A DNA stretch of 64,000 nucleotides from a virus (lineage: Duplodnaviria; Caudoviricetes). A program made the position numbers and the translations under genes. This document shows, in pieces, positions 37,774-47,831 of this stretch. Where the stretch lies: positions 64,001 to 128,000 of IMG/VR virus record IMGVR_UViG_3300028591_000079. The stretch is one strand, 5' to 3'. The notes under the pieces are model-generated. The model was not told where the DNA came from and searched no databases. It worked only from the letters and a program-made list of their open reading frames with translations. How positions within the stretch are numbered: position 1 is the first letter of the stretch; every line of letters starts with the position of its first letter.

Positions 37774-38556
37774 TTACTTTTTTATTTTCATTATTTCTTC
37801 AACACTTTTTACAACTACTTCACCATTTTTATTTAGTAGGTAAAATTCTTCTTGTGTCCCGGATCCTTGTTCAAATGTTGGTTTTTTTGTGTACTCATCT
37901 AATATAAATCCTCTTTTTAAATCTTCACAACAAAACCTATGAACTTCTTCTTGTATATTTTGAACTAATCCTTTTATTCTTCCGTTTTCTACTTCATGCT
38001 GACTCCAAACTTTATTATTTACCCCCCAATCTGTTACCATTTTTTCTGTTGATTTATAAAATGTTGGAGTCTGTAACGCTTTATAATCTGCACCTTGAAC
38101 AAATCTGATAATGTTATTGTTGTATTGTTTAATGAACTCTAATTTTTCTTCATCATTCTCAAAAAGTTTATTAATTTCCAACCATCTAAATAAAACTAAA
38201 TCAATAGGTAAATTCTCATACCCTTCTGGTTCTTCTGCGTTTGTTACTATTTTATATACCTTAGATTGTTGTAGAAATACGTAAGGAGATTGTTCGTTTT
38301 TATTTATAGTCAACATACCTAAAAATGGCAACTTTGAAGCATTACATCTTTCTTCCATGATCTGTAATTGAAATAAATCCCCCTTATCACCAATACCCCT
38401 TCTTCTGTTTTTATCTTCGGCCATAATCCAAAATCTGTCCGGCTGTATCATTTCAGAATCTACATCAATAAAACCAAGCGTCATATAATCTGTTCTTATA
38501 AATCTTTTCCATATGGCTTGAGAATCTTTAAATATATTGTTTTGGTGAAATCTCAT
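37774..38556 (-). CDS. hypothetical protein, possible PD-(D/E)XK nuclease
   Basis: FIDVD...MAEDK; directly upstream of the MTase. Confidence 0.45.
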   Translation of the reverse strand: MRFHQNNIFKDSQAIWKRFIRTDYMTLGFIDVDSEMIQPDRFWIMAEDKNRRRGIGDKGDLFQLQIMEERCNASKLPFLGMLTINKNEQSPYVFLQQSKVYKIVTNAEEPEGYENLPIDLVLFRWLEINKLFENDEEKLEFIKQYNNNIIRFVQGADYKALQTPTFYKSTEKMVTDWGVNNKVWSQHEVENGRIKGLVQNIQEEVHRFCCEDLKRGFILDEYTKKPTFEQGSGTQEEFYLLNKNGEVVVKSVEEIMKIKK

Positions 38557-38650
38557 AATAACTAGAACTCCTTTTACTTACTAGTCTATTATAATACATT
38601 TAATCTAAAAAGAAATAATTTAATGTCATTTAATGTAAAAAAATTTAATC

Positions 38651-38733
38651 AAAAAACCGGTCATTTATTTTCGCTCCTAACTTGATTTATCACATATTTC
38701 GTAGTGAGCTTGGACATGACCGGAAGGACCATA
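38651..38733 (-). ncRNA. candidate small RNA
   Basis: late box upstream, 8-bp closing stem CCGGTCAT/ATGACCGG, T6 tail. Confidence 0.4.
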
Positions 38734-38814
38734 TTAGCTAGAACTATGATTTGAATATTTTTTTCTTTGTTTTGCATAATTAATTTTCACTCTATAATAA
38801 CATAGGAATCTAAT

Positions 38815-38850
38815 AAAAAACCGCCAACAGAACTAATCTTGAAGGCGGTT
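38815..38850 (-). terminator. terminator after SleB gene
   Basis: AACCGCC/GGCGGTT + T tract. Confidence 0.6.
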
Positions 38851-38870
38851 ATTACACTTTGTCTTGCTTT

Positions 38871-39437
38871 CTATTTTTTCTTATTATCATTTTTCCTACA
38901 ATAAAACTGATGGCCACTTATTTCTTTTACCATGTCCATATTATAACTCCATGATGGTTTCTTAAATGCTGTTCCATCAAAATGAGTTACGCATGCAGGA
39001 ATTACTCTCTTTTTTTCATTTTTTTCAATCTCATATAGGTGTTGATAAACCATTTTAGTTAGTTCATATACTTTCTTTGGATGTTTATATATGTATTTAT
39101 AACTTCCGTTGCCTTGTAAATATGAGAATTGTTTATTTTGATGCACAACTTCACAAAATGTATTAGGAAAATCCTTTGATGCAGTTCTGTTGACTATTAC
39201 TTCAATTATTGCCTTTTGTCCTTCTATAGGTTCTCCAATGGCTTCTCCTGCAATAGCATCTACAACGCATTCAATATTTTGTGAACCATATTTGTCATCA
39301 AGTTTTGCATCCATTTTGTTTATCGCTAATGTGTTGATGCAAAATGTATTTATAATTATAGCAAGTAGTGTAGCTAATAGTAAATTGTATAATCTCCGCG
39401 GAACGAAGGTTATACCATAGATTTTTGGTTTATTCAT
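38871..39437 (-). CDS. cell-wall hydrolase (SleB/Hydrolase_2), signal-anchored
   Basis: GEAIGEPIEGQKAIIEVIVNR, FPNTFCEVVHQ, QFS, GHQFY. Confidence 0.9.
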   Translation of the reverse strand: MNKPKIYGITFVPRRLYNLLLATLLAIIINTFCINTLAINKMDAKLDDKYGSQNIECVVDAIAGEAIGEPIEGQKAIIEVIVNRTASKDFPNTFCEVVHQNKQFSYLQGNGSYKYIYKHPKKVYELTKMVYQHLYEIEKNEKKRVIPACVTHFDGTAFKKPSWSYNMDMVKEISGHQFYCRKNDNKKK

Positions 39438-39689
39438 AATTTATGTCTCTATCAAAGCTCCGGTGTTATCTATTAAGGATTAGTGATGCTATACGATCTT
39501 TGCAGACCCTTACATCACCACAAGAATTCTTTGATATTTGGTAAATTATAATAATTCTAAACTAAGGTCAAGTTTAATATAACCAATAGTATAAAATTAA
39601 TCATCTTATCATAAAAATTAGATTTGACGACAAGACTTTAAATAGAACTAAAATATGAAAAGTTTTTAAGAAGAATTAGAAGTGAAAAA

Positions 39690-41024
39690 TTAAACGTTGA
39701 TTTTATATAATCTACAATAACCATTAGTGTTTCTGGTTCCACCGCCTTGACCCCACGCCACTTCATTTCTAGATAAATCTAATACCGCCCAAGCGCCAGA
39801 ACCTGGAGAACCATATCTGTTACCATTTGTGCCAACGCCCCAGCTTCCACCAGGACCAGAAGTTGCAGCTACAACAGTTGAATACGTTGTGCTTCCTCCG
39901 TTTCCATAGGCACCACCCCCACCTCCAGTAGTTCTTGCACCATCGTTGTTGCCACATGCTCCGCCGCCACCACCAGCCAATATTGCTACACATAGGTGAG
40001 ATACTGAAAATGACCCAACTGAAAAAGAATTGTTTGATGAAAAATTGCGGGTCCAAGCAGAATTGGTAAGAGTAGCCGATTGAACATTTTTATCTATTCC
40101 AGCAATAAAACCAGATCCAGCTGCACCAGGACCACCATCATAGTGAGATGAGTTTCTACCATTATTAGCGGCTCCACCACCTCCACCACCACCTTCAGAG
40201 TGCCCAGTTGCACCGGTTCCGCCCCAATAATCTGTTGGAGACGGATAGCCCGTTGTTGCCCCTGTTGTTGTGTTGCCATTATGTGAATTACCAGCCCACA
40301 ATAGGCATTTAGCCCCCTTGTGAAGATAGATTGTTCTTGTTATTAAACCACCAATTCCGCCGCCGTTCCCATCACCAGAATTTCTTGCACCCCCACCCAT
40401 AACTTCAACATAATACCACCCATCAGCAGACACAGTATAAATCGTATTGTTTGCCCCCGTTACGGATGCTACTTGTGTTCTATTGTCGGCAGATGGAGGT
40501 GTTATATTTACTGGGAGTGCGCAACTCAAAGATATGTTTTGTGTTTGCGTTGAATTTACCGTTATATTGCCGGACGATGTTGTGTATGCTGATTTTGAAA
40601 CAGAATAAGAAACGGTTGTGCCCGGATTTACTGCAATAGAGTTACCAACTTGTGTATAACCAGATGCGGTTAGTGTTACTGTTGCATTTGATGGGTCTGG
40701 ATTTATTGTTAGTGTATATTGTTCTGCCAAACTTACTGGATATTGTTCATCGTTTATTGGAGTTCTTGTTCCTGTTTGCGTGACATATCCACCTTTTGAT
40801 ATTGTATATGTTATTATTGCGCCATGATAAACAGTAATAGAATTTCCAGATTGTGTTTCTCCAGGGGATGTTAACACTACAGTTGCATCTGATGGGGTTG
40901 GCACAATTGTAAGGGTTATTCTTCTGTGATAAAACAAATTATTGTGATAATAAATTCTATTTACAGGTTCATCCCCGTAATATACTTTTTGTACCAATGA
41001 AGAACCGAAAGAAAGTTGATTCAT
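39690..41024 (-). CDS. tail fibre/receptor-binding protein (two Ig-like repeats + Gly-rich domain)
   Basis: LTIxPxPSxATVxLT twice, GGGGG runs, N-terminal KVYYG motif. Confidence 0.75.
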   Translation of the reverse strand: MNQLSFGSSLVQKVYYGDEPVNRIYYHNNLFYHRRITLTIVPTPSDATVVLTSPGETQSGNSITVYHGAIITYTISKGGYVTQTGTRTPINDEQYPVSLAEQYTLTINPDPSNATVTLTASGYTQVGNSIAVNPGTTVSYSVSKSAYTTSSGNITVNSTQTQNISLSCALPVNITPPSADNRTQVASVTGANNTIYTVSADGWYYVEVMGGGARNSGDGNGGGIGGLITRTIYLHKGAKCLLWAGNSHNGNTTTGATTGYPSPTDYWGGTGATGHSEGGGGGGGAANNGRNSSHYDGGPGAAGSGFIAGIDKNVQSATLTNSAWTRNFSSNNSFSVGSFSVSHLCVAILAGGGGGACGNNDGARTTGGGGGAYGNGGSTTYSTVVAATSGPGGSWGVGTNGNRYGSPGSGAWAVLDLSRNEVAWGQGGGTRNTNGYCRLYKINV

Positions 41025-41027
41025 GTT

Positions 41028-41828
41028 TTATGGATTTACTATAAAATAAATAGTATTTGGATCTGGAGTTGTTGGAAGAGCTGTGACAACTTGAAACATT
41101 GAAATATCTGCCTTTTGATTAAATGCTTCTGCGTTTATTCCTGCTGTTTGTTCTACCGCTGTTTGTGTAAATTCTCCAATATAGAAATACAGATACATTT
41201 GAGTCGCTGGAGGTTGAACTGTTGTGCTGTTGCCATAAATTGAATTTGAATTTGATGCATCTATACCCAAAGTAATGTGGTTTCCACCACCACTGGCAGC
41301 AAATGTTCCACCGTCAGAACCGGCTTCATAAAAAGCCCCAGAGTAAGTATGTAAAAGTCCGGACCCAAGACCAGATACTGTTCCGGTAATATTCGGTAAT
41401 CCCGCTTCAACATAATCTCCAACAGCACCTCTTGCACCAACTATGCCATGTTCTGTTCTTGGAAGTTTGAATTGATTGTTTGTTGTATCTAAAATATAAT
41501 ACCAAGCAACTCCAGTATCTAAAAATATTTGCCCCACATTTGCTTCTTCACTGCTTGGACAAATTTTATGACCATCATCTGCTAAATAAAATTGTACTGT
41601 TGTTGATCCGATTGTTTCAGACGTAAGTGTTTTTCCATCAACATCATCTACTAAATGTTGGTAAGCGTCAGAATAAGTAGTTCCATCATGCCAAGTAAAA
41701 GTATCAGCACGCAACCACTCCATTTGATTTATTTGATGATCGGACCATTTAAAGTCAAAGAGATATAAAGCACTCTTATTTATTGGTCTTCCACCGGCAA
41801 TAATTCTGTTTCCTAATCTTACACTCAT
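41028..41828 (-). CDS. tail fibre protein (start MSVRLG)
   Basis: FKLP, EAGLPNITG, DASNSNSIYGNSTTVQPP, C-terminal DPNTIYFI. Confidence 0.8.
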   Translation of the reverse strand: MSVRLGNRIIAGGRPINKSALYLFDFKWSDHQINQMEWLRADTFTWHDGTTYSDAYQHLVDDVDGKTLTSETIGSTTVQFYLADDGHKICPSSEEANVGQIFLDTGVAWYYILDTTNNQFKLPRTEHGIVGARGAVGDYVEAGLPNITGTVSGLGSGLLHTYSGAFYEAGSDGGTFAASGGGNHITLGIDASNSNSIYGNSTTVQPPATQMYLYFYIGEFTQTAVEQTAGINAEAFNQKADISMFQVVTALPTTPDPNTIYFIVNP

Positions 41829-41839
41829 ACATATTTCCT

Positions 41840-42505
41840 TTACGCTGTTCTTCTCCAAATATTTGCTCGATATGCAGGTGGCTGAACTGTTGAACTGTTG
41901 CCATACACCGACGAAGATAACGATGCATTTAAGTTATAATAACCAGACCAAGAACCGTTGCTTGCCGCACCTTGACCCGGTGTGTATTTTGTTGAAGTAA
42001 AAGCCCCGCTATAAACACCAGTATCTATATTGCCAATAAATGCGGTTGCAAACGAACCAGTGATGTTTGGCAATCCTGCTTCTATTGTGGTGTTTGCATT
42101 TGAACCGGTACCACCCCATAATGCTCTATCTTGCGCTACCAATTCCCAAGTAGAATTAGAAATCAATGTTTCCAAGGGGCATGTTGATTGAGTACCAATA
42201 TATAAACTCCCAACAGGATATAGTGTTGATAATAATGTATTTATAGCTGAGCTTACTTCTGATGTTTTTGCATAATTACTAAGATCAACCTCTCCGCTGT
42301 CTGTTGTAACATCATCTGTAATATAACAAAACCAATCTGGATGTTGATTTTCTATGTCTTGATTTATATATTCAGATTGTGTACCGATCCAATCAAATTT
42401 ATCTGACAAAGCACCCGCAGCGTGATTTTGGTTTTCTACAGAATCAGCCTGGACATCATATACTTCGCTACCAACTTGTATTTGTCTTAATTTTGGATTT
42501 GGCAT
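41840..42505 (-). CDS. tail fibre protein
   Basis: DWIGT...HPDW..YITDD; YPVGSLY...EAGLPNITG...IWRRTA. Confidence 0.8.
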   Translation of the reverse strand: MPNPKLRQIQVGSEVYDVQADSVENQNHAAGALSDKFDWIGTQSEYINQDIENQHPDWFCYITDDVTTDSGEVDLSNYAKTSEVSSAINTLLSTLYPVGSLYIGTQSTCPLETLISNSTWELVAQDRALWGGTGSNANTTIEAGLPNITGSFATAFIGNIDTGVYSGAFTSTKYTPGQGAASNGSWSGYYNLNASLSSSVYGNSSTVQPPAYRANIWRRTA

Positions 42506-42514
42506 TTTTCAACC

Positions 42515-43468
42515 TTAATCTATATTGAATTTTGTTACACACATTACTAATTTTTCTTCTTCCACATCAGATGCTTCAAGACATTTACCAATTACTTTTT
42601 CGCCATCCAATGCAATTCGTCCAACACCAGGAGTTTCGCTTAAAGTAATATTGTCAAATCTTTTTACTTTACCAATTATTCTTATAGGAGTTTTTCCACA
42701 AAGTGCTACTGGTAATGAATTTTCTTTTCCAGCATCTAATACGAATCCTGGATCAGCAGAGATTACACCATTACACTTATTGTTTTTAGCGATTGTTATA
42801 TCTTTTTTACCACCAAACTGTATAAGTGTACCTTTTGAATATGTTTTATCTGATTCATACATTTCAGCAAGGTCTGCCCATTTTGCTGAGGTTGATGTTC
42901 CGTGAAAATTTGTTCCATAAGTTTCTGCTGGTAGTTGGGCTCTTATATTTCCACTAGTATCCATTCTTATTTGAATATCTGCATATTGCATTGTTCCATT
43001 TATAGATCTACTAACTCCCAATCTGTTTGCTATAGTACCATCAGTAAATTGCGCAGGAGCAACATATCCGATTTGTATATTATTATTATCAACACTTGAA
43101 AGAGAAGAACTATATATAGTTTCGGATGGATTTGTTGTACTATCAATATTTGAACTTTTATGTTTTAGCGTATCATTAAAAGTTTTTGTGCCACTAATTG
43201 TTTCATTGCCTGTTTTATGAACCGCTATAGCATCAGTTTCTGTTTTTGTGTATACACTATAACCACCCTGTACATCGTCTGTAATATAACAAATCCATTC
43301 AGGATGAAGAGTTTCTATTTGTTGTGTATTGTATTCTGCCTGAGTACCAACCCAATCATAAATATATGGTGTTGTTGAATTTGTATTATTACTGTTTACC
43401 ATTGCTTTACCATGCAATGTATAAACGTCACCACCTGCTTCAATTTCTTCTATAATATGAGTGGCCAT
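42515..43468 (-). CDS. tail fibre protein with peptidase G2/chaperone-like C-terminus
   Basis: VHKTGNETISGTKTF; ADLAEMY, GVIS, PVALCG. Confidence 0.75.
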   Translation of the reverse strand: MATHIIEEIEAGGDVYTLHGKAMVNSNNTNSTTPYIYDWVGTQAEYNTQQIETLHPEWICYITDDVQGGYSVYTKTETDAIAVHKTGNETISGTKTFNDTLKHKSSNIDSTTNPSETIYSSSLSSVDNNNIQIGYVAPAQFTDGTIANRLGVSRSINGTMQYADIQIRMDTSGNIRAQLPAETYGTNFHGTSTSAKWADLAEMYESDKTYSKGTLIQFGGKKDITIAKNNKCNGVISADPGFVLDAGKENSLPVALCGKTPIRIIGKVKRFDNITLSETPGVGRIALDGEKVIGKCLEASDVEEEKLVMCVTKFNID

Positions 43469-43480
43469 TTTCCTACCTTT

Positions 43481-43690
43481 TTATTGTAATATTAGTCTTT
43501 TATTTGTGGAGTCATATATTATTTCACTATTAACATTTGGTAAATTTACCCAAAGATCCACACCGTTGCCTACTTTGATAATTTTTATATCTGATGCATA
43601 ACCCAACTCACCATTTTGAAGTATATAGGTTGATTCTTCCCATTCTTGAGATGTTTTGATAACCTGTTTATGTCTTACTTCTTGTGACAT
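43481..43690 (-). CDS. Mtd N-terminal-like fibre adaptor
   Basis: LQNGELGY...KVGNG...WVNLP. Confidence 0.7.
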   Translation of the reverse strand: MSQEVRHKQVIKTSQEWEESTYILQNGELGYASDIKIIKVGNGVDLWVNLPNVNSEIIYDSTNKRLILQ

Positions 43691-43691
43691 A

Positions 43692-44480
43692 TTAGACTCC
43701 TGGTTCCATATTTGAATTTTCTAGAACAACATCCCCGTTATCATCAGAGACCACTGTTATATTTGTTGTCACATTTTCATTTTGTTCGTCATATATTTCA
43801 TCTGTTTCATCTATATCGGCAGGATAGATTTCATTATTATTATCTAAAACCAATTCATTATTATCATCAGACACAACTACAATATCACCATCATATGAAA
43901 TATCTCCATGATCGTCTGTTTCATGTCCACCACCCTCTTCGTCATATATTGGTATTATTTCCCCATTTACGCCATCTAGAACTAAATCACCATCTTCATC
44001 TGATACCACAATTATGCCGTGGATTTCTAGACCTTCTGTGCTTGGATCGTATTCTTCTATTGGTGTTGGAGTTGGAGGTGTTCCGGTTGTTGATATTACA
44101 TTATTTTCATCTATCTTTATACCATCACCAGCAATTAGTTTATTAATCAAGTCATTATAATCACCAGTTGTGGCAACATTAGACAGAGAGGCTAATTTTG
44201 CAGCAAGAGTATTTATTTGAGTTTGCACACTATTAATTGCTGCAACTAATGAACTTTTATCTGGTGTAATTAGTTTAGATAGATCTTCAGCAGAACCACT
44301 AGATCCACTGTAATAATTTAAAGCTATCCAGGGACTTACTCCATCCCCAATTTTCAATTTAAATAATCCCCCGCCCAAAATTTCAATACATTGTTCACCA
44401 TTTGCGGGTACAGGATTTAGTGTTCTCCAGTTTGCTGTTGTGTCAATCCTGGTAATAATTGGTTTATATATAGTGGCCAT
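43692..44480 (-). CDS. Mtd N-terminal-like fibre protein with acidic repeats
   Basis: NPVPANGE...KIGDG...W; VATTGDYNDL; VVSD(D/E) three times. Confidence 0.7.
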   Translation of the reverse strand: MATIYKPIITRIDTTANWRTLNPVPANGEQCIEILGGGLFKLKIGDGVSPWIALNYYSGSSGSAEDLSKLITPDKSSLVAAINSVQTQINTLAAKLASLSNVATTGDYNDLINKLIAGDGIKIDENNVISTTGTPPTPTPIEEYDPSTEGLEIHGIIVVSDEDGDLVLDGVNGEIIPIYDEEGGGHETDDHGDISYDGDIVVVSDDNNELVLDNNNEIYPADIDETDEIYDEQNENVTTNITVVSDDNGDVVLENSNMEPGV

Positions 44481-44631
44481 TAAAAAAACCTTTGATCATG
44501 ACGAAAATTGTCTAGTTCGAACTTATCCTATTATAGAACTTAAAACTTCTGGATATGAAAAAGGTTTGAGAATAAATGAAAATCAAACAAGTCTAAAGAT
44601 TTTGAAGTATTCTTCTTATATTTTTATTTCA

Positions 44632-46137
44632 TTACTTCATTTTATCAACTATATCAAAGAACTCATGAACAGTTTTGCACTCAATTACGCCATTATTCTC
44701 CAAGGTCTTTTTTCTAGCTTTATAGTGTTTATTCATTACAGTGTTTACCTCTGAATCATTAAAGTCTATTATAAGAGCTATATTTTCTTTATTTTGTTTT
44801 TTTCTAGCTACTCGTCCTGTTTGTTGAATTATTTTTATTGCGCTTTGTCCACCAGTAAATAATACACCAGCCTGAAAAAGAGAAATATCTACACCTTCGT
44901 CCATAACTTGAGAGGCTAAAACAATATTATAATCAGAGTTTAGTGCATTTTTTATATCGTCTGTATTTCCTTTTTTTGTGTGTAGTTTTAGTTTTTCATC
45001 ATATTCGTGTATTTTTTCTCCGCCTTGTAAAAATAAACACTTGACCCCAGATTTTGTTAGTTCTTCCATTACTTTTAATCCATGGCCTTTTACTTCTCTA
45101 AACAGCACAAGAGTTTTTATATTATTTTTATTTAGATATTTTACCATTTCTATTCCGGCTTTATTTCTTGCTTTATTATATACAACAGATCTTCTATATT
45201 GAATAAAAAATGGTGTATTGGTCGGATAAAGAACAGGATAAGACTTATAGTTGATAAAATAAGAATAAGGTTGTGCCACATTATTTCCCGCGATTGAGTC
45301 TTGTAATGAAAATTCTATAGCTGGTTCCCCCAAAAGTCCTATCAAAGTCATATCATCAACATTTTTATATGGATCTTTTGGGTTTTTAAATGGCGTTGCT
45401 GTATATCCTACTAAATGCTTGAGATTTGGAGTAAAGAATAATACAGAAAAATGAGATGCAGATTGGAAGTGGGCGCATTCATCACATATTATAACCTCTA
45501 CATCTTCTAAAAACTTTAAATATTTCTCATCACGTTGTTTTAGCCTAATATAAGAAGTTTGAGATGATATAATAAGAATACGTTTGTTAAGATCTTCTAT
45601 GCTCATACTTATTTCATCTTCACTTATCCCCATACTAACAAATCTATCATAAATCTGTTTCAATATAAAATTTTGGTTGTTTATGATTAATGTTTTCTTC
45701 CTTCTCCATAATAAAGATAACAAAGTCATAGTAGAAGTTTTACCTGATGCTGTAGACGAAACAATCAAAGAAGCATATCTAGAAACAGAAGCCAACACTA
45801 AATCTATTTGATAATCTCTAACCTCAAAAGTTGGTAGTATTTGTTTTACCTTTCTTGCAACTTCTAACACATCTTCTTTTCTATAGATTTTTACTTGATC
45901 TCTTTTATGTTCTATCTCTATTCCCAAACTTTTACTAACATATTCACATAATCCAGTTGGAAATTTTATAGTCTCAATTCCGTTTATGTAAGAGTGTATG
46001 TACCAAAACCTAGTCTCTTTCCAACTCTTTCTTTCATAGTCATAATCAAATTTAGTTAATACTTTTTTAGCCCTTTCTATTATTTCAGGACTTTCATTGC
46101 TTATATAACTCCAAAGATTGTCAAATTTATATATCAT
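44632..46137 (-). CDS. uvsW: SF2 helicase, UvsW-like
   Basis: RDYQ, STASGKT, DECAH, TATP, EGVDI, QQTGRVAR. Confidence 0.85.
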   Translation of the reverse strand: MIYKFDNLWSYISNESPEIIERAKKVLTKFDYDYERKSWKETRFWYIHSYINGIETIKFPTGLCEYVSKSLGIEIEHKRDQVKIYRKEDVLEVARKVKQILPTFEVRDYQIDLVLASVSRYASLIVSSTASGKTSTMTLLSLLWRRKKTLIINNQNFILKQIYDRFVSMGISEDEISMSIEDLNKRILIISSQTSYIRLKQRDEKYLKFLEDVEVIICDECAHFQSASHFSVLFFTPNLKHLVGYTATPFKNPKDPYKNVDDMTLIGLLGEPAIEFSLQDSIAGNNVAQPYSYFINYKSYPVLYPTNTPFFIQYRRSVVYNKARNKAGIEMVKYLNKNNIKTLVLFREVKGHGLKVMEELTKSGVKCLFLQGGEKIHEYDEKLKLHTKKGNTDDIKNALNSDYNIVLASQVMDEGVDISLFQAGVLFTGGQSAIKIIQQTGRVARKKQNKENIALIIDFNDSEVNTVMNKHYKARKKTLENNGVIECKTVHEFFDIVDKMK

Positions 46138-46250
46138 GTCTTTTAATATACAATAGAACTAACAAGAAATCCACATTAAAATACTCAAATCCCAGTTCTA
46201 TAATTCAGAGTATTTAGTTTTAGTTCAAATATAAAAAAGATAATCCAAAT

Positions 46251-47432
46251 ATGACACAAGAAGTTAGACATACCCAAAGACCTGGCAACATAAATGAAGT
46301 ACTTGCAGCCGGTGAAATTGCATATTCTGATTCTGATACCATAAAAGTCGGAGATGGTAGTAGGACTTTTGCGGCATTGCCAGAACTATCATCAAACGAA
46401 TCTCTTGGCGACAACTCTACAATTATAGCAAATTCAGCAAAAAAAATACAAGCACACGGAACATTAAATAAAAACCCCAATGCATCCGGTAATTTAGCAA
46501 AGGTTTTTGATTGGATCGGCACAAACCAAGAATTCGTTGATCAAAATATAGCCACAGTACATCCAGATTGGTTATGCTTTGTTACAGATGATGTTAGTGG
46601 TACAATGAGTGGAGCATATACTAGAGATGAAATTGATGCGTTTTTGAACAATAAAGCTGATGGTATTGGTGCCGCCGTTATGACTTCTGGAGAACAAACA
46701 ATACAGGGTGGTAAATATTTTCTTAATAACGGAATACACTCAAAAAGCACAACAGTCGATTCAACACAAACACCAGAATCTACAGAATATTTATCAATGG
46801 TTATGGCTCACGATAAAAATGGGCAAAGAATTGGAAATTTAGAAATTTATCATAGAACAGATGGGGCAATTGGTTTAGGCTTAAATGCATCAGTTGGAAT
46901 AAACGGTACAAATAGTTATTCACCAGTACTTTCAACATGGATTAGTCAAGATGGCCAAACAAAATGGACAGAAGCTGGAACACATCCAACAAGTGTAACG
47001 GCAGATAATTATGAAATAGCAACAACAGGCCATGTTATAAATGTTTTAAAAGCAATTTATCCAGTAGGAGCAATATTTATAGGAACAACTTCTACATGTC
47101 CAATGGCTCAATTCTTTGGTACATGGGAATTAGTGGCAGCAGATCGTTCACTACAGGGGAGCTCAACAAATCATGCAGCCAATACAACCATAGCAGCCGG
47201 ATTACCTAATTTAAGCGGAAGCGTCAATGTAGGCATGTTTGGTGATCCAAGTGGAACCGGTGTATTTACTGGTGCGTCTGCTGGTTATAACTGGCCATTG
47301 AGAGGAACTTATACTCAGGGATATGGTGGAAATGTACCATTCGATGCATCAAATAGCAATTCAATTTATGGTAGTAGTAATACCGTTCAACCATCAGCCT
47401 ATGTAGTAAACGTTTGGAGAAGAACAGCGTAA
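46251..47432 (+). CDS. tail fibre protein
   Basis: Mtd_N-like start, HPDW module, YPVG...AGLPN...VWRRTA. Confidence 0.8.
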   Translation: MTQEVRHTQRPGNINEVLAAGEIAYSDSDTIKVGDGSRTFAALPELSSNESLGDNSTIIANSAKKIQAHGTLNKNPNASGNLAKVFDWIGTNQEFVDQNIATVHPDWLCFVTDDVSGTMSGAYTRDEIDAFLNNKADGIGAAVMTSGEQTIQGGKYFLNNGIHSKSTTVDSTQTPESTEYLSMVMAHDKNGQRIGNLEIYHRTDGAIGLGLNASVGINGTNSYSPVLSTWISQDGQTKWTEAGTHPTSVTADNYEIATTGHVINVLKAIYPVGAIFIGTTSTCPMAQFFGTWELVAADRSLQGSSTNHAANTTIAAGLPNLSGSVNVGMFGDPSGTGVFTGASAGYNWPLRGTYTQGYGGNVPFDASNSNSIYGSSNTVQPSAYVVNVWRRTA

Positions 47433-47443
47433 AAGGAAAATAA

Positions 47444-47830
47444 ATGTCTGTAGTAAAAAAGCAATATGCAAAAATTATAGATGAAACAACTCACGAAGTG
47501 CAAATTGGTGTTGGTTGTCCTGTAAGTTATTATATTGAAATTGGCATGACATGGATGGAAACAGAACTTGCATATAACAGTAAATGGTATGAAAAAGGAT
47601 ATGCACCGAAAGAACCTGATCCAACACCAAAAACAAGAGAAGAAGTAGAAAAAATACGTGAATCTCTATATAAAGAAAAAGTAGATCCAATAACTGCGCA
47701 CATACAAAGATTAAGAGATAAAGAGCAAACAGAAACGGTGGTGGTCGAAATAAAAAGACTGATCAACATAAGAGACTATACATATACACAAATACAAATA
47801 GAAAATCCGTATCCAGTGGAAGGAAAATAA
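47444..47830 (+). CDS. tail fibre assembly/chaperone-like protein
   Basis: follows a fibre gene; WYEKGYAP, RESLY...DP...NPYP. Confidence 0.6.
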   Translation: MSVVKKQYAKIIDETTHEVQIGVGCPVSYYIEIGMTWMETELAYNSKWYEKGYAPKEPDPTPKTREEVEKIRESLYKEKVDPITAHIQRLRDKEQTETVVVEIKRLINIRDYTYTQIQIENPYPVEGK

Positions 47831-47831
47831 A

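Noticed and set aside
38563-38569. Additional AGTTCTA late box
   Set aside because: It overlaps the RBS only a few nt from the start codon, so it was not counted.
38715-38731. SRP RNA suggested by CCGGAAGG
   Set aside because: The CAGG/AGCA internal loop and long flanking helix of SRP domain IV are missing.
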